Of a stretch of DNA of 64,000 nt, positions 59,376 through 64,000 are shown piece after piece. Under the pieces are notes generated by a model. That model saw nothing but the letters and a program-made list of their open reading frames with translations, was not told where the DNA came from and did no database searches. Position numbers and translations under genes: made by a program. The DNA is from Candidatus Pampinifervens sinense (GTDB taxonomy: Bacteria > Aquificota > Aquificia > Aquificales > Aquificaceae): NCBI GenBank assembly GCA_037927135.1, contig JAXSPP010000005.1, positions 32,001 through 96,000 on the forward strand. The letters run 5' to 3'. Position 1 is the stretch's first letter. Each line of letters opens with the position of its first letter.

Positions 59376-59866
59376 ATGAATTTATCAAAAACGGGCTTCA
59401 TCCTATCGTAAAGTTCATAAAGGTCTTGAGATATTACTTTGGTATCCGCCAGAGTGCCCATAAAGTTCGTATCGCCGAACCATCTTGGAACAAGGTGGAG
59501 GTGTATATGTCCTTCCAAGCCAGCTCCAGCAGCCCTTCCAAAGTTATACCCCATGTTAACGCCATGAGGCCTCATAACTTCTCTTATAGTAAGCAGGCAC
59601 ACCTTGGTAAGTTTGTGTATCTCCATAAGGGTCTCATCGTCCACAGAAAGGTAATCTCCTACATGTTCTATTGGTGCTATCATGAGATGTCCAGGGTTGT
59701 ATGGATATTTGTTGAATATAACGAAGGCCCTTTTGCCCCTATACAGGACAAGATATTCTCTTAGCTTCTCTTCTGGCTGGCTTGCCGCTACACACAAAAA
59801 GCATTCACTTTGCTGATCCACCTTTTCCACATATTGACTCCTCCAAGGTGCCCATAGCAACCTCAT
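59366..59866 (-). CDS. HIT-family hydrolase
   Basis: LWAPWR, NKYPYNPGH and HIHLHLVPRW motifs. Confidence 0.92.
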   Translation of the reverse strand: MRLLWAPWRSQYVEKVDQQSECFLCVAASQPEEKLREYLVLYRGKRAFVIFNKYPYNPGHLMIAPIEHVGDYLSVDDETLMEIHKLTKVCLLTIREVMRPHGVNMGYNFGRAAGAGLEGHIHLHLVPRWFGDTNFMGTLADTKVISQDLYELYDRMKPVFDKFICY

Positions 59867-60192
59867 AACCTTAACAACCTCCTTATAGCCCTCTCTACTT
59901 CCTCTTCAGAGGGCATATAATCGTGCCTCTCTAGTTCCATGGTGTCTCTAAAGTAAAGGATTGTCGGAAAGCTAAAGACTCCTAAGTCTTCCGCGCTTGT
60001 ATTCTTGCTCACATCAAGCCAGTAGAAGTTTACCTTATCACCGTAAAGCCTTTGGTATTTGAGAAGGAGGTTGTAGAATGCCTCGTTTTGTGGATTGTCC
60101 GGTGTAGTAAGTAAGACTACAGCAGGCTTCTCTCCAGCCATAGCCTTATCATAAAAATCTTTATCTTGAAGCTCTTCAAACCCTTCAAACAT
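59863..60192 (-). CDS. Thioredoxin-fold protein lacking CxxC
   Basis: Trx-like topology with FPTILYF cis-Pro loop; no cysteines; AGGAGG RBS. Confidence 0.65.
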   Translation of the reverse strand: MFEGFEELQDKDFYDKAMAGEKPAVVLLTTPDNPQNEAFYNLLLKYQRLYGDKVNFYWLDVSKNTSAEDLGVFSFPTILYFRDTMELERHDYMPSEEEVERAIRRLLRL

Positions 60193-60245
60193 GCCTACCT
60201 CCTTGCCTAAAATTATATTACCTCTTTTGCTTTAATATTATTCTT

Positions 60246-61109
60246 ATGAGGTTAAAGGAGTTTTTAAAGGAAAACAACCTAAGCATTGGGGACAATGTAC
60301 GCTTTCTTCTTGATAAGTTGGGTATGTTATCGGAGGATTATCTTAGATTTTTGGAAAACAGCATAGGTGAGGCTGCAAAAATGTCTAAATCTAAGGCCAA
60401 TACGGTGGACCCGGAGGAGGTTGTAAATAAATACGGTGCAGATACTATAAGGTTGTATATACTTTTTGCTGGACCGGTGGAAAAGGATTTTGAATGGACG
60501 GAGGAGGGGCTTCAAGGTGCTTACAGGTTCCTAAGAAGGCTTTGGAACTTTTTTCACACACATCTTGACAGCATAAAGGATATAACCTATACTAGGGAAG
60601 ACTTTAAAGGACTTTCTGGAACTGCCAAGGATATAAGGCGTAAGGTCCATCAAACGTTAAAGAGGTATACTTCTAGCATGGAGGACCTTTCCTTTAATAC
60701 AGCCATAGCGGGCATAATGGAACTGTTAAACGATCTTCAAGAGTTTAACCCAAGCTCACCTCTGGATTATAAGGTACTCAGAGAGGCTCTAGAGATCATC
60801 CTATTTATGCTCTATCCTATCACACCCCATATCTGTGAAGAGCTTTGGCATAAGCTGGGCTACCAACAATCTATGATGTTCTATGCTTTTCCTGATCCTG
60901 ATGAGAAGGCACTTACCCTTGATGAGATAGACTTACCCGTTCAAATAAACGGTAAGCTTAGGGCTGTTATAAGGGTGCCTGTTAATGCGGAAGAGGAGGT
61001 GGTAAAGGAGATAGCTCTAAAGGACCAGAGGGTTGCCCAGTGGGTAAACGGTAAGGAGATAAAGAGGGTAATTTATATAAAGAACAAACTACTTAATCTG
61101 GTGGTGTAG
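60246..61109 (+). CDS. leuS: Leucyl-tRNA synthetase beta subunit (split LeuRS)
   Basis: KMSKS, YGADTIR, FNTAIA, PHICEELW and VQINGKLR motifs; no HIGH motif or editing domain. Confidence 0.9.
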   Translation: MRLKEFLKENNLSIGDNVRFLLDKLGMLSEDYLRFLENSIGEAAKMSKSKANTVDPEEVVNKYGADTIRLYILFAGPVEKDFEWTEEGLQGAYRFLRRLWNFFHTHLDSIKDITYTREDFKGLSGTAKDIRRKVHQTLKRYTSSMEDLSFNTAIAGIMELLNDLQEFNPSSPLDYKVLREALEIILFMLYPITPHICEELWHKLGYQQSMMFYAFPDPDEKALTLDEIDLPVQINGKLRAVIRVPVNAEEEVVKEIALKDQRVAQWVNGKEIKRVIYIKNKLLNLVV

Positions 61110-61110
61110 G

Positions 61111-61299
61111 ATGGAGGCTCTTGTAGCTCTTCTGATCTTTCTAGGAAAGCTCCTATTGCTTATGATTGCAATAGGTCTTCCTCTCCTGCTTTTGATAGTC
61201 TTCATAGCAGACAAGGTGTATAAAAGGCTTGAACCAAAGTATGAAGAGTGGAGAGAGAAGAAGATCAAGGAACTGGAAAAGGAGGAGAAAAGGATATGA
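61111..61299 (+). CDS. Small hypothetical membrane protein
   Basis: Hydrophobic N-terminus and charged tail; coupled to the leuS stop. Confidence 0.55.
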   Translation: MEALVALLIFLGKLLLLMIAIGLPLLLLIVFIADKVYKRLEPKYEEWREKKIKELEKEEKRI

Positions 61300-61379
61300 T
61301 GTTTGTCATAGCTTTTCCTCTTGACAGACTTTAAGCACATGCTAATTTGTTAATAACCTAAGCTTTAAGGAGGTAAGGC

Positions 61380-62093
61380 ATGCCTGCGGAAGTGTTGCCA
61401 GGTCCAGTGGGTTATATACCAACTCCTGCAGCCTTTGAGGGAGTAGAGCTACCACCACCAGGTAAGGCCTTGCTCTATGGAAGGATAGTGGATGAAGAGA
61501 CTGCTATGAGAGAGGCTGCAAAGGCCTTGCTCACAAGGAGGAATCCTACCATATTCCCTGGTCCACTGGTCCTTTGGGGGTGGAACGCCAGTGCCATGGA
61601 AAAGGCAAAGGCAGTTCTTGAGCTAGCTATGGAGATACCAAACTGCAGGATCATACCTATGCCAGACTACAGGCCCAAGTATCCTAAGATAGACCCTGAA
61701 GCGGAGATCAACCCAAACCATCCAAACCTTACCATACTACACAATAAGATAGAAGTTTGTATCTTTGTAGGAGTTCACTGTCATTATGCAAACCTGTCTT
61801 TGAGGATGATAAGGGCTGGAACCAATTGTTTTACCATAGCCATGTGTGCAGAGATGGGTCATGAGGATGCTATGGTCTCTTTGAGGGATGTGCATGCCGA
61901 TGAGATAAGAAGGTTCAGGGATGTGGTAGTTCAGGTAAGGGAGGAGATGGGTATAAAGTGGGAGCCCAAGCTTCCACCGGAGAACCCATCTTTACCAAAG
62001 GAAGAGTATCAAACCCTTTCTCCCCTTGATTACGGTGAGTATGCTTACCTACTTATCCCCAGAAGGGGAGAACAGATAACAGAAACGGAATAA
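61380..62093 (+). CDS. forD: 2-oxoglutarate:ferredoxin oxidoreductase delta subunit (For type)
   Basis: PTIFPGPLVLW, PMPDYRPKYPKI and GVHCHYAN motifs; first gene of a D-A-B cluster; AGGAGG RBS. Confidence 0.75.
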   Translation: MPAEVLPGPVGYIPTPAAFEGVELPPPGKALLYGRIVDEETAMREAAKALLTRRNPTIFPGPLVLWGWNASAMEKAKAVLELAMEIPNCRIIPMPDYRPKYPKIDPEAEINPNHPNLTILHNKIEVCIFVGVHCHYANLSLRMIRAGTNCFTIAMCAEMGHEDAMVSLRDVHADEIRRFRDVVVQVREEMGIKWEPKLPPENPSLPKEEYQTLSPLDYGEYAYLLIPRRGEQITETE

Positions 62094-62111
62094 AAGTTTG
62101 GAGGTGGTACC

Positions 62112-63281
62112 ATGCCTGAGCAGAGGGTTGTAGATCCAGATTACCTTTTGCTTGAGGCGCCAAGAGAGAGAAAGTTTATAACTGGCGCCCAAGCGATGGC
62201 AGAAGCTGTAAAGCGTGCCAATGTAGATATAGCCATAGCCTACCCTATTACACCCCAGTCGGAGGTTATGCACCTAGTAGGAGATCTATGGGCTCAGGGC
62301 TATTTGAGAGATTACTATAGAGCGGAGGAAGAATACGGTGCTATGTCCGCCATAGCGGGTGCTGTAAGGGGTGGTGCAAGGGCCTTTACAGCTACCTCCG
62401 GTCCTGGTCTTCTGAGGGGGCTTGAGGCTATAGCATCCTGGCCAGGCCACAGAATACCCGCAGTGCTTGGAGTCCTCACAAGGGTCGTCAATGCACCCCT
62501 CTCCATACAGCCAGACAACATAGAGATAGCTTATCTTTTGAACTGTGGAATAATCGTTCTTCATGCGGAAAACCAGCAAGATGTCTTTGACTTTACCCTT
62601 GCGGGCTTTGTCATATCCGAAAAGGTGGACGTATACATACCTGTAGCCGTCTGCACGGAAGGCTTCTTTGTTACACACGCCAAGGGCTATGTGAACATGA
62701 CACCGGAGGATATGAAGCTTCCTCCAAGGGATCCTTACAAGGCACCCGTGCCACCAACGGACTGTGAAATACCTCCCGCAAGGATTCAGAGGGATGCACC
62801 AGTTCAAAAATCCAACTTTATGAGCTATCTTATACACGCCGTATGGCAACAGGAGGTTTGGGCTTCCAACCTTCGTGCCATGAAATACATTTATAAGTAC
62901 TTGGGTGGACCAATAGAGGTGGTGAACCCAGATGCAGAGGTCTTTATAGTAGCCTCTGGATGTGCTGCAGCTCAGGGAAGGGAAGCTGTAAGGTATGCTC
63001 AGATGGAAGGACTTAACGTGGGCCTTGTTAAGGTGAAATCTATAAGGCCCTTCCCAGAGAAGGAGATAAGGCAGATACTCTCAAAGGCTAAGGCAGTGAT
63101 AGTGCCGGAGCACAACATAATAGGATGGCTTGCAAAGGAGATAAAGGCATGCATACCGGATAACGATAAGGTGATAGGTGGTCCAAGGGTGTACGGTGGC
63201 ATGACCTTGCCTGTGGAGCTTATCATGGAGAAGATTTATGAAGTCTTTGGCATAAAGAAGGAAAAGAAGGTAGTTGTGTAA
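62112..63281 (+). CDS. forA: 2-oxoacid:ferredoxin oxidoreductase alpha subunit (For type)
   Basis: AYPITPQSE and TATSGPG motifs. Confidence 0.8.
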   Translation: MPEQRVVDPDYLLLEAPRERKFITGAQAMAEAVKRANVDIAIAYPITPQSEVMHLVGDLWAQGYLRDYYRAEEEYGAMSAIAGAVRGGARAFTATSGPGLLRGLEAIASWPGHRIPAVLGVLTRVVNAPLSIQPDNIEIAYLLNCGIIVLHAENQQDVFDFTLAGFVISEKVDVYIPVAVCTEGFFVTHAKGYVNMTPEDMKLPPRDPYKAPVPPTDCEIPPARIQRDAPVQKSNFMSYLIHAVWQQEVWASNLRAMKYIYKYLGGPIEVVNPDAEVFIVASGCAAAQGREAVRYAQMEGLNVGLVKVKSIRPFPEKEIRQILSKAKAVIVPEHNIIGWLAKEIKACIPDNDKVIGGPRVYGGMTLPVELIMEKIYEVFGIKKEKKVVV

Positions 63282-63304
63282 AAAAACTTTAAGGAGGTGT
63301 AAAG

Positions 63305-64000
63305 ATGGGCTTGGAATATGTTAGGATTTCACCCGGCTTTGAGAGGTATATGCCAAAGGACTACGTGGACCTTGTAAACTACGGTCCTTTTGGCAGGCAG
63401 ATAGATGTACAGCAGCTAGGACAGTTCAAGGAGCTTGTGGAAGAGCATCCTATGTGTGCAGGATGCTTTATGGCCTACTTCATCAGGGTCTTCTACGCCG
63501 CCTTGCCCAATCCGGAAGACACAATAGTGATAGGGACAGCTGGCTGTGCAAGGCTTGCTCTATCTCAGGCTGCAGTACCCTTCATATATGGAAACTACGG
63601 TGATACAAACGCTGTAGCCTCCGGACTCAAAAGGGCTCTTACTATAAGATTCCCAGATAAGGTAAAGGATGTGGTGGTCATAGCTGGAGACGGTGGACTT
63701 ATAGACATAGGCTTTGGAATGACCATGCACTCCTGGTTTAGAAAAGAGAAGTTTACAACCATAATGGTGGATAACGAAGTCTATGGAAACACGGGTGGTC
63801 AAGAAAGTGGTATGTCTCCAAAGGGTGTTCAGCTAAAAATGGCTCCAAAGGGTAAGCAGTTTGATAAGATAAACGCTGTGGAGCTTGCAAAGGTAGCTGG
63901 ATGCGTGTATGTGGCCAAACTTGCTCCTACAAATCCTAAGAGGATAGCTAGGACTGTGAGGAGGGCCATACTTGCCGCAAGACACTTTGGACCTACCTTT
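63305..64000 (+). CDS. forB: 2-oxoacid:ferredoxin oxidoreductase beta subunit (3'-truncated by window edge; absent from ORF track)
   Basis: ATG 63305 after AGGAGG; MCAGC, GTAGC and TPP motif GDGG...DNEVYGNTGGQ. Confidence 0.85.
   Translation, partial: MGLEYVRISPGFERYMPKDYVDLVNYGPFGRQIDVQQLGQFKELVEEHPMCAGCFMAYFIRVFYAALPNPEDTIVIGTAGCARLALSQAAVPFIYGNYGDTNAVASGLKRALTIRFPDKVKDVVVIAGDGGLIDIGFGMTMHSWFRKEKFTTIMVDNEVYGNTGGQESGMSPKGVQLKMAPKGKQFDKINAVELAKVAGCVYVAKLAPTNPKRIARTVRRAILAARHFGPTF

Overview
Gene-dense chromosomal window from a thermophilic Aquificaceae bacterium (Hydrogenobacter/Thermocrinis-like). The assignment is inferred from cytochrome c552, a split leucyl-tRNA synthetase beta subunit, forDAB-type 2-oxoglutarate:ferredoxin oxidoreductase genes and scattered operons. 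Most of the window is housekeeping genes (murI, ispG, nadA, dnaK, purM/N, bamA, lpxA, glmU, trpD, leuA, miaB, ahcY, aroC/K, atpA, smpB, flgD/E/M), plus tRNA-Lys and tRNA-Ser, a selenocysteine-containing selD that the ORF track truncates, and a two-pathway trehalose cluster. The standout is a 1546-bp element between leuA and miaB (43207-44752). It encodes only a TnpB/Cas12f-like RuvC protein with an overlapping, highly structured omega-RNA-like 3' region, yet it is bounded by imperfect 17-bp terminal inverted repeats and a perfect 10-bp direct repeat (AGGCCTTTCT). Those ends are DDE-transposon-like rather than IS200/IS605- or IS607-like. Smaller observations include a Crp/Fnr-type box at -41.5 of a hemerythrin promoter, an orphan AbrB-fold gene with 18-bp-periodic TTGACAT repeats heading flgDE, a G-quadruplex motif after flgE, a frameshifted rlpA and many apparently leaderless promoters. 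All product calls come from motif recognition by eye; no database searches were run.
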